Assembly (NCBI GenBank): GCA_027317865.1 | Contig: DAHVQG010000009.1 | Span: 73,443 to 137,442 of the forward strand | Source of the DNA: Bdellovibrionales bacterium | GTDB taxonomy: Bacteria; Bdellovibrionota; Bdellovibrionia; Bdellovibrionales; UBA1609 | Length of the DNA stretch: 64,000 bases | Direction: 5' to 3' | In this document: piece after piece, positions 48,759 through 58,365 of the stretch | Position numbering within the stretch: position 1 is the first letter of the stretch | Layout of the letters: each line of letters starts with the position of its first letter | The notes under the pieces: generated by a model | Databases searched by the model: none | The model's input: only the letters and a program-made list of their open reading frames with translations | Told to the model about the DNA's origin: nothing | Program-made: the position numbers and the translations under genes

Positions 48759-49545
48759 TTTACCCATTGGTGTATTTGATTCGGGGCTCGGAGGTCTGAC
48801 TGTTCTTCGCCACTTGAGCAAGCGGTTTGCAAACGAAGACTTTATTTATCTTGGCGACACAGCTCGCATTCCATACGGCTCAAAATCGCCGCGCACAATT
48901 CAAAAATATTTGGCCCAAAACCTCGCGTTTTTTACACGCATGCCGGTTAAGGCTGTCGTCGTTGCGTGCAATTCCGCGTCGACTCAAGTTTCGTTTGTGA
49001 ACAGTACTGTTCCGATTTACGACGTAATTACCCCCGGAGCACTTCGCGCTTCAATAACCAGTAAGAATTCTCGCATTGGAGTCGTTGCCACCCGCGCGAC
49101 AGTCATGAGCGAATGTTACCCCAAAGAAATTCATAAATTGAAGCCAGGAGTTCAGGTTTTTCAACAAGCATGCCCGCTGCTTGTTCCGCTTGTAGAAGAA
49201 GGCTGGGATGACGACCCGATCACGAATCTCATCGTGTACCGCTATGTTTCACCGCTTCTGACAGCCAATATCGACACTTTGATATTAGGCTGCACGCATT
49301 ACCCGATTTTGAAAAATGCTTTTGCTAAAGTCTTAGGCGAGCGCGTGCAAACGGTGGATTCGGCCGAATCGATAGGCGATTTAATTGAACGCGATTTTCA
49401 ATTGCATAAGTTACCGGTTAAAGAAGCCGGAACTGGCGGCATAATTCGTCTATTTGCAACAGACATCTCAGACACATTTGAAACACTTGCCAAGCGCATC
49501 TTAGGGCCGGCAACAATCGTACAACTTGAACTCGCCGAAATTTAA
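48742..49545 (+). CDS. murI: Glutamate racemase
   Basis: DSGLGGLTV, PYG, ACNSAS, LGCTHYP; start ATG 48742. Confidence 0.95.
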   Translation: MPTDSNLPIGVFDSGLGGLTVLRHLSKRFANEDFIYLGDTARIPYGSKSPRTIQKYLAQNLAFFTRMPVKAVVVACNSASTQVSFVNSTVPIYDVITPGALRASITSKNSRIGVVATRATVMSECYPKEIHKLKPGVQVFQQACPLLVPLVEEGWDDDPITNLIVYRYVSPLLTANIDTLILGCTHYPILKNAFAKVLGERVQTVDSAESIGDLIERDFQLHKLPVKEAGTGGIIRLFATDISDTFETLAKRILGPATIVQLELAEI

Positions 49546-49681
49546 ATATGGTTTCGAATTAATCAGCAACCGGCCCGGTCAATTTTACCTGCCTGTCAAA
49601 AATCGTAACAGTCGCGGCGCGAGTGCCAATTTGATATATTAGCGGCGCTTCGTTAATGACCGATTTTTAAAGGAGTCTTAT

Positions 49682-51403
49682 ATGACGACCTTTTCGCTTC
49701 GCAAACTTTTAACTCTGACGCTGTCCACTTCGATTTTGTTTTCGATTCCCATCACGCCTCGCGCTGGGGCCGAAGGAACTCAAAACGCTCCGGCTATTAC
49801 CGAGTGCCCAAAAATACTTTTAGGGGGCCCGTTTCCGACCCTCGTTAGGCAGATTGTCGAGGCCGATCCATCCGAATCAGGCATTTTGTCAGTTTTGGTC
49901 TCGGGCGGATTAATCTCTTCCCGTTTGTTTCGCGAAGCGGTTGCGTCGGTTCTGGCTGACCACGGCGTGGTGACTCCGATTTCAAATAGTTTCAAATCTC
50001 ATAGGCTATATGTGAAAAATCTGATGCGATTTGTGACCAACCTCAACAGCGGCGACTCGAAGGCAAAACTGTTTGATTTTATGGTGAACGTTTTGAATAA
50101 AGAGCGATTTATCGCCAATCAAAATATGTTCAAGGCAAGCCCCGCTTCAGTTGTACGCGGTCATCAAGTCGCGCTGCTTGTAAACACGCTCATACAAAAA
50201 GGCGACCAACCGGCATTTAGACAGACATACATAGATGTTGCTGAAAATGCGGTGGCATCTTTTGCGCTGTCTGCGGCCACAGACTTGACTCGTGTTTTAG
50301 ATAAAACAAAAAATACCACTTCTCGCGCCATACTAAAAATCGCCAGCACACTCGCCGGCGGAAGTTTATTGGGCGCCATTTGGGGTCATTTTCACGGTGG
50401 CGGTACAAATGCCGCAAGAGACGCGTCAACCGGTTTGATGCTTGGGGCTTACGGTTTTATGGCCTACGCTGCACGACGAACCTTTAATCGATATTATTCC
50501 GTTTCAGGTTATAACGTTAATGCGGTCATGCTTCGACACAAAGCTCAAGCCCGCGTACGCGAAATTGCGCAATTATCAAATGACGATTTCGAGCATTTAG
50601 AAAAGGCACTTGATGATTTAGGTGAAGTTACGATGACAATGCTCGGGTCAAATGCCTGTAAAACCGCTAAGACTTGTGAGCTGCCGCCGATTCAACTCGC
50701 GTATTTAGGCGAAGTTGAGTCCGTCGAAATTAACGGTTGGATAAATCGATTAAAGCAAATCAGTTCGTACGAAAGAATTCGAAGCAACAATAACACCGTA
50801 GGCGTATTTAAGAACGGTAGTTTTACTTTTAGTGAATCATTTATTAATAATTTACGAGCCGTCGAGTATGACACGGAAAACAGTACCGCCCAGAGTAATT
50901 TGGTCACTTCGATTCGTAGTACGCATAAGGTTGCCATCCAATCTGAAAAAACGATGACTGCCCTTTTAGGGTTACTATCAAGACGCATAAAAACAATTCG
51001 GACAGCAGTCAAAATATTTCGCCGGCAAGTTGCGGCAGCGGGTCCAGACCGGTTGACACAAAACCTAAAATATCAAATTTTACAATCGCGACTCGACCAG
51101 GTTCTTACGGAAATAAGCAAAATAAAATTAGAACGGCCAATATATCGAACGGCGATAGACCGGCGCGAACAAATTGCCAAATTGACTGCAAATTGGCTTC
51201 GCGACATTCCATCAGATTCACCTGCTGGAGTTATATCTGAGGCTGAAACCACTTGGCAATGGCGCGCTTTTGCCAAAAAAGTTCGAAAGGACATCGAACA
51301 TATAAACAAGTTTGATATGGAGTTTAATCCGTCGACGGCGAATGCGTCTGGGCTGAATGTAGTTCACCGCCCTCTTGGTCGCGTATCGGCATCCATGCGG
51401 TGA
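49682..51403 (+). CDS. Secreted/membrane hypothetical helical protein
   Basis: AAGGAG RBS; signal peptide; CPKIL motif; central Gly-rich hydrophobic hairpin. Confidence 0.65.
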   Translation: MTTFSLRKLLTLTLSTSILFSIPITPRAGAEGTQNAPAITECPKILLGGPFPTLVRQIVEADPSESGILSVLVSGGLISSRLFREAVASVLADHGVVTPISNSFKSHRLYVKNLMRFVTNLNSGDSKAKLFDFMVNVLNKERFIANQNMFKASPASVVRGHQVALLVNTLIQKGDQPAFRQTYIDVAENAVASFALSAATDLTRVLDKTKNTTSRAILKIASTLAGGSLLGAIWGHFHGGGTNAARDASTGLMLGAYGFMAYAARRTFNRYYSVSGYNVNAVMLRHKAQARVREIAQLSNDDFEHLEKALDDLGEVTMTMLGSNACKTAKTCELPPIQLAYLGEVESVEINGWINRLKQISSYERIRSNNNTVGVFKNGSFTFSESFINNLRAVEYDTENSTAQSNLVTSIRSTHKVAIQSEKTMTALLGLLSRRIKTIRTAVKIFRRQVAAAGPDRLTQNLKYQILQSRLDQVLTEISKIKLERPIYRTAIDRREQIAKLTANWLRDIPSDSPAGVISEAETTWQWRAFAKKVRKDIEHINKFDMEFNPSTANASGLNVVHRPLGRVSASMR

Positions 51404-51947
51404 GTGACGAGCGCATTGCGACGTCAACTTTCATATCGATCGTTGTGGTCCAAGAGCGCGGAATAAAAATGGTGAGCCCGCCGATTTGATACGCGAGTGG
51501 CACAAAAACTGCCACTCGATCTTCTTTTGTCACCTGTTTGGGTAAATCGTTTAAATTTTGGCGCGTTACAAAACCCACAAACTCGGCGGCAAAGCCAGGG
51601 ATTCGAACAACCACAACTTGGCGCTCAACTTTGTGTTCCGGTGAAAAATAATCCGAAAGACTTTTGAACGCCGAATAAATGCTCTTAACAATTGGTACGT
51701 TTTTAAATGGCAACTCGAAAGCCGTCATAATTTTGCGCGCAAACGGCACGGCCGTAAATAATCCCATTGCGTAAATGATGACAATGCCGAGAATCAGACC
51801 GAGGCCCGGAAAATAAATATGGCTGGGCAAGACTTCACGTGCCGCGTCTTCGGTCCAATGCAAAAACGAAAACAAAATAACGACAGTTAAACCTGCAGGC
51901 AGGAGAGTGAAAACGCCGCGCAAGAAATGTTTCGAAAACTGTTTCAT
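51324..51947 (-). CDS. DUF502 membrane protein
   Basis: FLRG...LLP...T, PGLG, VPIVKSIY, GFVT, VFVP. Confidence 0.85.
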   Translation of the reverse strand: MKQFSKHFLRGVFTLLPAGLTVVILFSFLHWTEDAAREVLPSHIYFPGLGLILGIVIIYAMGLFTAVPFARKIMTAFELPFKNVPIVKSIYSAFKSLSDYFSPEHKVERQVVVVRIPGFAAEFVGFVTRQNLNDLPKQVTKEDRVAVFVPLAYQIGGLTIFIPRSWTTTIDMKVDVAMRSSLTAWMPIRDQEGGELHSAQTHSPSTD

Positions 51948-53131
51948 AATGTAACCCCGTTAAGAATGTACTCTTTCAACGGCTCTCGCAAGTTATATTG
52001 GCTGGACATCACGTACCCATAGGCACCGACATCCAAAATCGCCAACCGGTCCCCGGCTTTTATATCAGACGGCATCACGCGTTTGTAACCTAAAACATCG
52101 GCGCTTTCACAAATCGGTCCGACAATATCAAAAACCTGAGTGCGCCCGTCGGATGATTTAGCTGCTGTTCGGCCACCAATCCGAAGAATGCGATGATGGG
52201 CCTCATAAAGTGCGGGGCGCATAAGCGCGTTCATCCCCGCATCAACAATGACAAAATTTTTATACGGCGTACGTTTCACATACTGAACTTCGGTAATCAA
52301 GGCGCCAAACCGCGCGATCAAAATACGCCCTGGTTCAAAATCAATTCGGTTTACAATCGAAGGCACTTCAGTTTCTATCATTTTGCCATAGGCCGCGATT
52401 AATTCTTCGTCTTTCGCCAAATCGGCACTTAAATAGTCAATACCAACGCCACCACCTACATCAAATGACGTCAGCGTAAACCCTTGCGTATTTAATTGTT
52501 GCCAGAGCTTGAAGGTCTTTCGAATGGCTTGGCGAAATGCCACAAGGTCGCGAATCTGCGAACCGATATGCAGGGTCAGGCCTTGCAGGGTAAGCACGTT
52601 CGCATGAGTTTTTAATATTTCAACCGCATTTGGAATTTCAGAAAAATCAAAACCAAATTTATTTTCGTGAAATCCGGTACGGATATACGGATGAGTATCA
52701 ACTTCGATATCAGGATTCATCCGGAGCGCGACTCGGGCCTGCTTTTTTGCCTGTGCCGCCAGATCAGCGATTCGTTCAAGTTCAGGCAAACTCTCAACAT
52801 TGAGTTGATGAATATTCATTTCAAGCGCCGCCGAGATTTCATCCGCCGTCTTGCCCACGCCTGAGAAAATCATCTCTTCGGGGGTAAATCCAGCTTCGTG
52901 CGCGCGCCTCATTTCGCCCGCAGAGACCAAGTCGACCCCTAAGCCACATTCATGTAAAGCTTTGAGGATCTCAAGGTTATTGTTCGATTTCATTGCAAAA
53001 TGAATATGTGCATTCGCAGGTAGAGAGCTTTTAAATTTGGCAACTCGACCACGAAGGCCGGCCAGATCATAAACATAAAACGGCGTTGGCAATTGGCTTA
53101 GTTTAGGATGGGCATAAAAGGGATTTGCCAT
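51944..53131 (-). CDS. lysA: Diaminopimelate decarboxylase
   Basis: TPFYVYD, FAMKSN, HIGSQ, DVGGG, EPGR, GPICES, GAYG. Confidence 0.93.
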   Translation of the reverse strand: MANPFYAHPKLSQLPTPFYVYDLAGLRGRVAKFKSSLPANAHIHFAMKSNNNLEILKALHECGLGVDLVSAGEMRRAHEAGFTPEEMIFSGVGKTADEISAALEMNIHQLNVESLPELERIADLAAQAKKQARVALRMNPDIEVDTHPYIRTGFHENKFGFDFSEIPNAVEILKTHANVLTLQGLTLHIGSQIRDLVAFRQAIRKTFKLWQQLNTQGFTLTSFDVGGGVGIDYLSADLAKDEELIAAYGKMIETEVPSIVNRIDFEPGRILIARFGALITEVQYVKRTPYKNFVIVDAGMNALMRPALYEAHHRILRIGGRTAAKSSDGRTQVFDIVGPICESADVLGYKRVMPSDIKAGDRLAILDVGAYGYVMSSQYNLREPLKEYILNGVTL

Positions 53132-53133
53132 AG

Positions 53134-54177
53134 TTAGTTGCTCGAGCTCTTTTTTAAAATAAACTGTAGTCCAACTAAAAATTCATACTTTTGAAAAGTG
53201 AAGCCAGAACTGAAGCTGGGACCGCCCTGTGCAAAAAGCAAAAAACGTCGCCATGCCGGCGTTGTTGCTCCTATGTTCAAGGATAACGGTGGATCGTCTT
53301 GAAATAGAGATTCGTCGCGACCTTCAATATAACCGGTTAGGCGATGATATCGAGCCTGCAGGCCAGTTCCCAAAACCGTTGAAACCGCGGGTCCAAACCG
53401 CGTGTCATAGCGGGGTCGAACGGCTTCCGCCACTATACCAAAAAAATGTCCTGAACGGCTTTGCATACCAATTTCTGCATCAGCGTCGTTACCGCTCCCG
53501 GTATAAATATTGAACGCATTGTTGGTTGCGATATTTAAAATACCAATTTGGCCAAACTTGTTTGATTTTGCAATATTGACAAGACCGTATTGCATGCCCG
53601 TGACGTTCTTTGCCAAATTCACAATGCCGATTTGGGCGCCGATCACGTCTGCGGAGGTATTGACAATGCCCGTGTCGGCTCCTTTTAGATTTCCACTTAC
53701 GTTTACGACACCATCTTGATAACCGTTAACTTTGCCGGAAGTATTTAATATACCAATTTCTGCTCCAAGATGCACATCGGCGGCTCTATTTAAAACGCTG
53801 ATTTGCGCGCCGTAAAGGTCCTTGGCGTAATTGTATATGTCGGAGATCTGCGCACCAACCATTTTACCTTCAGTAACGTTCCCAGCGATAGATACCACGG
53901 CACCCGTTACGTTACCTTTCCATAATCCGACGCCTACACTAATGGCTGCGCCCTTCAAGGAATACCATTTGCCGTATAGCAAATTGAAATCGAAATTGTG
54001 AACTGTAGGAACGTTCTCAAAATTACTGTCGATCGGTGAAAAAATAGCGAAGCCAACAGGGACGTAAGCCGGTTTAATCACCTTTAGTGGTTTTATTGAG
54101 GATGACGCATAAGCAATGTGGAATAAAATTGTGGGTAAAAAAACGACCGCAAAAAAGATGAAACGTTTTCTACACAT
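53134..54177 (-). CDS. Surface-repeat (LA_2272-like G-x-Q-x-G-x-x-N) outer-membrane protein
   Basis: Signal peptide; ~15-aa repeats GAQIGIVN / GMQYGLVN; beta-strand-rich C-terminus. Confidence 0.65.
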   Translation of the reverse strand: MCRKRFIFFAVVFLPTILFHIAYASSSIKPLKVIKPAYVPVGFAIFSPIDSNFENVPTVHNFDFNLLYGKWYSLKGAAISVGVGLWKGNVTGAVVSIAGNVTEGKMVGAQISDIYNYAKDLYGAQISVLNRAADVHLGAEIGILNTSGKVNGYQDGVVNVSGNLKGADTGIVNTSADVIGAQIGIVNLAKNVTGMQYGLVNIAKSNKFGQIGILNIATNNAFNIYTGSGNDADAEIGMQSRSGHFFGIVAEAVRPRYDTRFGPAVSTVLGTGLQARYHRLTGYIEGRDESLFQDDPPLSLNIGATTPAWRRFLLFAQGGPSFSSGFTFQKYEFLVGLQFILKKSSSN

Positions 54178-55396
54178 CTAAATCAAACTCGGTGTGCAGG
54201 GCCTCAGCGACTTCTTTGAGCTGGTTTTTTGCCACGACGGCGCTGATTTTAATATCTGACGTTGTCACCAAATGAACATCCACATCGTGTTCTTTAAAAA
54301 CTTTAAAAAATCGCGCCGCCACCCCGGGATGATTTTTCATGCCCACGCCAATAACCGAAATTTTTGCCATATCCCGCATCACCGTCACCTCGGTTTCGCT
54401 ATCCAAAACCGTGTGCAAAACTTTTTCGGTTTGCACCAAATCCTCTTCTGGGATCGAAAAATGAAGCCGCTGGCGGTCGGGGCGATCGCTCCCGCTTTGG
54501 GTAATAATATCAACCACAATATTTTTCTCAGCCAAGCGCCCGAAAAGGTCGGCTAAAAATTCCGCACCGGCGGGAACTGGGTTTAGTTTAATCACAACCG
54601 TCGCCGGGTCGTGCGTCACTGACGAAACAACAGGATTTTCAAGCATATTCTCCTCCGCCATCACCCATGTTCCTTCGCGTTCTTCAAAGGACGATCGCGA
54701 GTGAATTTTAATATTGTATTTCGCCGCAATTTCGACCGAACGAAAGTGTAAAACTTTGGAGCCGACTGAAGCCATCTCCATCATTTCTTCAAATGTAATT
54801 CGATTGAGTTCGCGCGCCTTCGTCACAAGCCTCGGATCCGCCGAAAATACCGCCGGCACATCGGTGTAAATTTCGCATTCGGATCCGCCCAGTGCCGCAG
54901 CGAGCGCCACCGCCGTCGTATCCGAACCGCCACGGCCGAGCGTAGTGATTTGCGCATCGTCCGTTATGCCCTGAAATCCAGCGACCACGGGAACGACTCC
55001 CTGTTCAACGAGTTGAATGATTTTATCAGCGTTAATGGAGCGAATCCGGGCTTTTGAAAAAATCGCATCGGTCTGAATGCCGACTTGATAGGCAAGAAGC
55101 GGCGCCGCTTTGACTCCCCGTTTTTCGAGCGCAATGGCCAGCAGCGCCACCGCCACTTGTTCACCGCTTGCAAGAAGCATATCATAAGCTGGCCCGCGAT
55201 AGCCGGGGTCAAGGTCATTTGCAAGTCGAATAAGGCGATTGGTTTCACCGGACATGGCCGAAACCACAATGACCGGAAGTTGGCCCAATTTTTCACGGTC
55301 ACGCACTACCCGGGTTGCGACATTTTCGATCCGCTCGAGTGTGCCAACCGACGTTCCGCCAAACTTTTTGACGATTAGTTTTTTCTGATCCAACAT
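54170..55396 (-). CDS. lysC: Aspartate kinase
   Basis: KFGGTSV, VVSAM, LGRGGSD, YTDV, two ACT domains. Confidence 0.95.
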   Translation of the reverse strand: MLDQKKLIVKKFGGTSVGTLERIENVATRVVRDREKLGQLPVIVVSAMSGETNRLIRLANDLDPGYRGPAYDMLLASGEQVAVALLAIALEKRGVKAAPLLAYQVGIQTDAIFSKARIRSINADKIIQLVEQGVVPVVAGFQGITDDAQITTLGRGGSDTTAVALAAALGGSECEIYTDVPAVFSADPRLVTKARELNRITFEEMMEMASVGSKVLHFRSVEIAAKYNIKIHSRSSFEEREGTWVMAEENMLENPVVSSVTHDPATVVIKLNPVPAGAEFLADLFGRLAEKNIVVDIITQSGSDRPDRQRLHFSIPEEDLVQTEKVLHTVLDSETEVTVMRDMAKISVIGVGMKNHPGVAARFFKVFKEHDVDVHLVTTSDIKISAVVAKNQLKEVAEALHTEFDLDV

Positions 55397-55431
55397 ATTT
55401 AGTGAGCGACACTAACACAGGAAGTTGCGAC

Positions 55432-56088
55432 ATGGAAACATTTGAATTTGGTAAAACCTCTACGGGGCTTGCAATTCTCGGGCACCGGTTTGGTCGCGTT
55501 GGTCCTGAGGTATTGATTTTAGGGGGCGTTCACGGCAACGAACCCGAAGGCGTAGTGGCAAGCCTCGGTCTATTGCAAACGTTTCAGCCTTCGTACACAC
55601 TCAAACTTCGTTTAACTCTCGTACCGCAATTTAATGTAGACGGCATATTAGCGAGTCAGCGAAAGAATGCCCGAGGCGTGGATTTAAACCGTAATCTTCC
55701 GACGAAAGATTGGACCGCAACAGTCGCTGAAGAAAAATATGCACCGGGACTGGAACCCAACTCAGAACCTGAAAATCAGGCGCTTGTTAAATGGATCGAA
55801 ACTTCAAAGCCACAATTTATTATTAGTTTACACTCGTGGCATCCGTGCCTTAACATTAATGGCAATTGTCGACCCGAAGCGGAAATCATTCACAGCTGCA
55901 CAAGCTACGAAATCAAGGATGACATCGGTTACCCAACTCCCGGCTGTTTAGGGACATACTGCGGACTCGAACGAAGCATCCCCACTATCACTTACGAAAT
56001 TGAGCGTGGACTAGAAACTACAAAAATTTTAAAAACTCATGTCCCCGCGATTCACGAAGCGTTGAAATCGGTCGAGAAAAGATTTTAA
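55432..56088 (+). CDS. mpaA: Murein peptide amidase A-like M14 zinc carboxypeptidase
   Basis: HGNE, NARGVDLNRN, SEPE, ISLH, GYPTPG, ITYE. Confidence 0.75.
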   Translation: METFEFGKTSTGLAILGHRFGRVGPEVLILGGVHGNEPEGVVASLGLLQTFQPSYTLKLRLTLVPQFNVDGILASQRKNARGVDLNRNLPTKDWTATVAEEKYAPGLEPNSEPENQALVKWIETSKPQFIISLHSWHPCLNINGNCRPEAEIIHSCTSYEIKDDIGYPTPGCLGTYCGLERSIPTITYEIERGLETTKILKTHVPAIHEALKSVEKRF

Positions 56089-56101
56089 TTATGAGGTTTT
56101 A

Positions 56102-56935
56102 ATGAGTAAAACCGACCTCCCCGGCGTTATCGATCACCTGTACGAAAGCGGCAAATTCACACCCGCCGATGTTCGAACCGTAGAACGGGCAATTAAGTTG
56201 CTCGATAAAGGCGAAATACGTGTGGCTGCAAAAATGGCAGGCGGTACAAATGCGCCGTCGCACTGGCAGGTCAATGAATGGGTTAAAAAAGCAATTTTAC
56301 TTTATTTTAGAATTCGAAAAGTTAAACCGATGCAGGCCGGGGCGCTCACTTTTGCTGACAAAATTCCCGTAAAAAAATGGAGCGGCCGCGAAGGCGTTCG
56401 CGTCGTGCCACACGCGATCGCGCGGTTTGGTTCGTACATCGAGCCAGGGGCGATATTAATGCCTTCGTACATAAATATCGGTGCGCGTGTCGGTGCGGGT
56501 ACGCTCATTGACACGTGGGCAACCGTTGGGTCGTGCGCGCAAGTGGGGGCCAATTGCCATATTTCGGGCGGAGTTGGTCTTGGTGGAGTTCTCGAACCGG
56601 TACAAGCCACTCCTGTGGTTATTGAAGATAACGTCTTTCTTGGTAGCCGAGCGGTCATCGTTGAAGGCGTGACGGTTCGAAGCGGGGCCGTCATCGGCGC
56701 GGGAGTCACGCTTACGGCATCAACTAAAATTATCGATGTGTCGAAAGGTTCGCCTGTTGAGCATCGCGGTTTTGTGCCCGAAAATTCAGTGGTGATCCCC
56801 GGTAGTATTGCAAAATCATTTGCGGCAGGAACATATAACGTCAACTGCGCGCTCATCATCGGCAAGCGCAAAGAATCGACCGATAAAAAAACTTCGCTCA
56901 ACCAAGCACTACGTGAATTTGATGTGCAAGTTTAA
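56102..56935 (+). CDS. dapD: Tetrahydrodipicolinate N-succinyltransferase
   Basis: VNEWVKKAILLYF, DKIP, MPSYINIGA, DTWATVGSCAQ, GGVLEP. Confidence 0.95.
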   Translation: MSKTDLPGVIDHLYESGKFTPADVRTVERAIKLLDKGEIRVAAKMAGGTNAPSHWQVNEWVKKAILLYFRIRKVKPMQAGALTFADKIPVKKWSGREGVRVVPHAIARFGSYIEPGAILMPSYINIGARVGAGTLIDTWATVGSCAQVGANCHISGGVGLGGVLEPVQATPVVIEDNVFLGSRAVIVEGVTVRSGAVIGAGVTLTASTKIIDVSKGSPVEHRGFVPENSVVIPGSIAKSFAAGTYNVNCALIIGKRKESTDKKTSLNQALREFDVQV

Positions 56936-58263
56936 GGTAGAGGCGATACGCGGTAGCCAACAGTATCGAAAAGAATGCCGATGGCAACTTCTAGGTTGTA
57001 TCGATAAGTGACCGATTGTGATAATGCCCCGATATAATTTTGAATGCTCCCCGACCAGTTTTCGAATAGCGCCAGTAACTGGGTGATATCGTCAGCGGTA
57101 AATTTTTGATTATGATCAAGATGATTTTGAATAAAAGTTTGAATTAACGCAAAATCGGCTTGAGTCGTGGCGTCGTATTCAGCGGTCTCGGCATCGAAAT
57201 AGTCTAGTTTGCGAAAGGTCGATTCAATCGTATAGGTAAAATCGGCTTCTTGCTGTTTCAATTGTTTTTCTGCCGCAAGAACGCGAAAACGACTCGCTTC
57301 GAGATGATCTCTTAAACCGAAGCTTATGGGCATTGTGACTTCCATCCCAACATAAGGGCCAGCCGAGGCTGTTAAAGGGATACCCATTGCGATTGTTTGC
57401 GATTCATTCCAGCCGTCACCAACCGAAATAGTTACTACCGGCCGGGTGAGCGTCGCGCGAGTGGCATCGTCTTGGTAAATTGTCTGTTTAAGTTGGTAGA
57501 GCCTAGATAAATAATCATAGTTTCGTTTTTTTGCCGTACTGATCGCGTATTGGACATTTTTATAGGGCGCCAGCACTTCTTTCATCTGCGCGTTGGTCTC
57601 TTCAAAAGTATCGATATCGGGCGGGAGCTTGGTAAACGAATAATAGCAAAGATCGTCAAACGTAAACTTCATGTTTTTTTGGCCGGCGCTCACTTGATCT
57701 TCGAGCGACTGCAACGCGGAATTTAAAAGCGCGAGGGCTCTTGCGCTTTTGGTGAGGGGCAAAGCTTTCGCTAATTCATTATAGGCTTTTTGTGAGAGAT
57801 CGCGAGTTGCTCGATACGACGCCCAACCGACATACAAATTAAAAACCTGTTGTGCTACGCTGCCCGCTGTGTACGGCACATAAGGATCAGTCGAATCGTA
57901 CAGCGCCTTTTGCGCTTTCGCCTCCCAAGCTAGGGATTTCGCATTATCAAGCGCCGCGCCACCATCGTATACCGTCTCGGTTGCCGAAACGCCGGCATTC
58001 ATTACGTTAGTTCCTGGCAATGTTTGGTTGTACTGTGTTCGCGTTTCACCTGCGCTGATGTTCAATTGCGGGTAAACAGCATCTTTGCGCGTACCTTCGG
58101 CATCGAGCTTATACGACTCAACGGTCATATCGTTAGCTTGTTGATCGGGATTATGTATGACCGCATCGCCGATAATTTGATTGAGTGAAATTGCACGGAG
58201 AGTTTGCGGTGTCAGCATTAATGTTACAGCCGTCGCTACAATTACCCTGTTCAAACGCCCCAT
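56932..58263 (-). CDS. TolC-family outer-membrane protein (divergent)
   Basis: Signal peptide; ISL..I...A...NPD, YPQLNISAG, YDGG; duplicated helical/beta architecture. Confidence 0.65.
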   Translation of the reverse strand: MGRLNRVIVATAVTLMLTPQTLRAISLNQIIGDAVIHNPDQQANDMTVESYKLDAEGTRKDAVYPQLNISAGETRTQYNQTLPGTNVMNAGVSATETVYDGGAALDNAKSLAWEAKAQKALYDSTDPYVPYTAGSVAQQVFNLYVGWASYRATRDLSQKAYNELAKALPLTKSARALALLNSALQSLEDQVSAGQKNMKFTFDDLCYYSFTKLPPDIDTFEETNAQMKEVLAPYKNVQYAISTAKKRNYDYLSRLYQLKQTIYQDDATRATLTRPVVTISVGDGWNESQTIAMGIPLTASAGPYVGMEVTMPISFGLRDHLEASRFRVLAAEKQLKQQEADFTYTIESTFRKLDYFDAETAEYDATTQADFALIQTFIQNHLDHNQKFTADDITQLLALFENWSGSIQNYIGALSQSVTYRYNLEVAIGILFDTVGYRVSPLP

Positions 58264-58365
58264 GACACCCTCAATTTGGCCGCGCCATCACAATGGCTCT
58301 ACAATTGACGCAACATTAACGTAGGGCGCAATAACCCACAATACGGAAAGATTACAATGACCGCA

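Noticed and set aside
51324-51403. 80-nt convergent overlap between the 573-aa ORF and the DUF502 gene
   Set aside because: Both tails look low-complexity, and short convergent overlaps occur repeatedly in this compact window.
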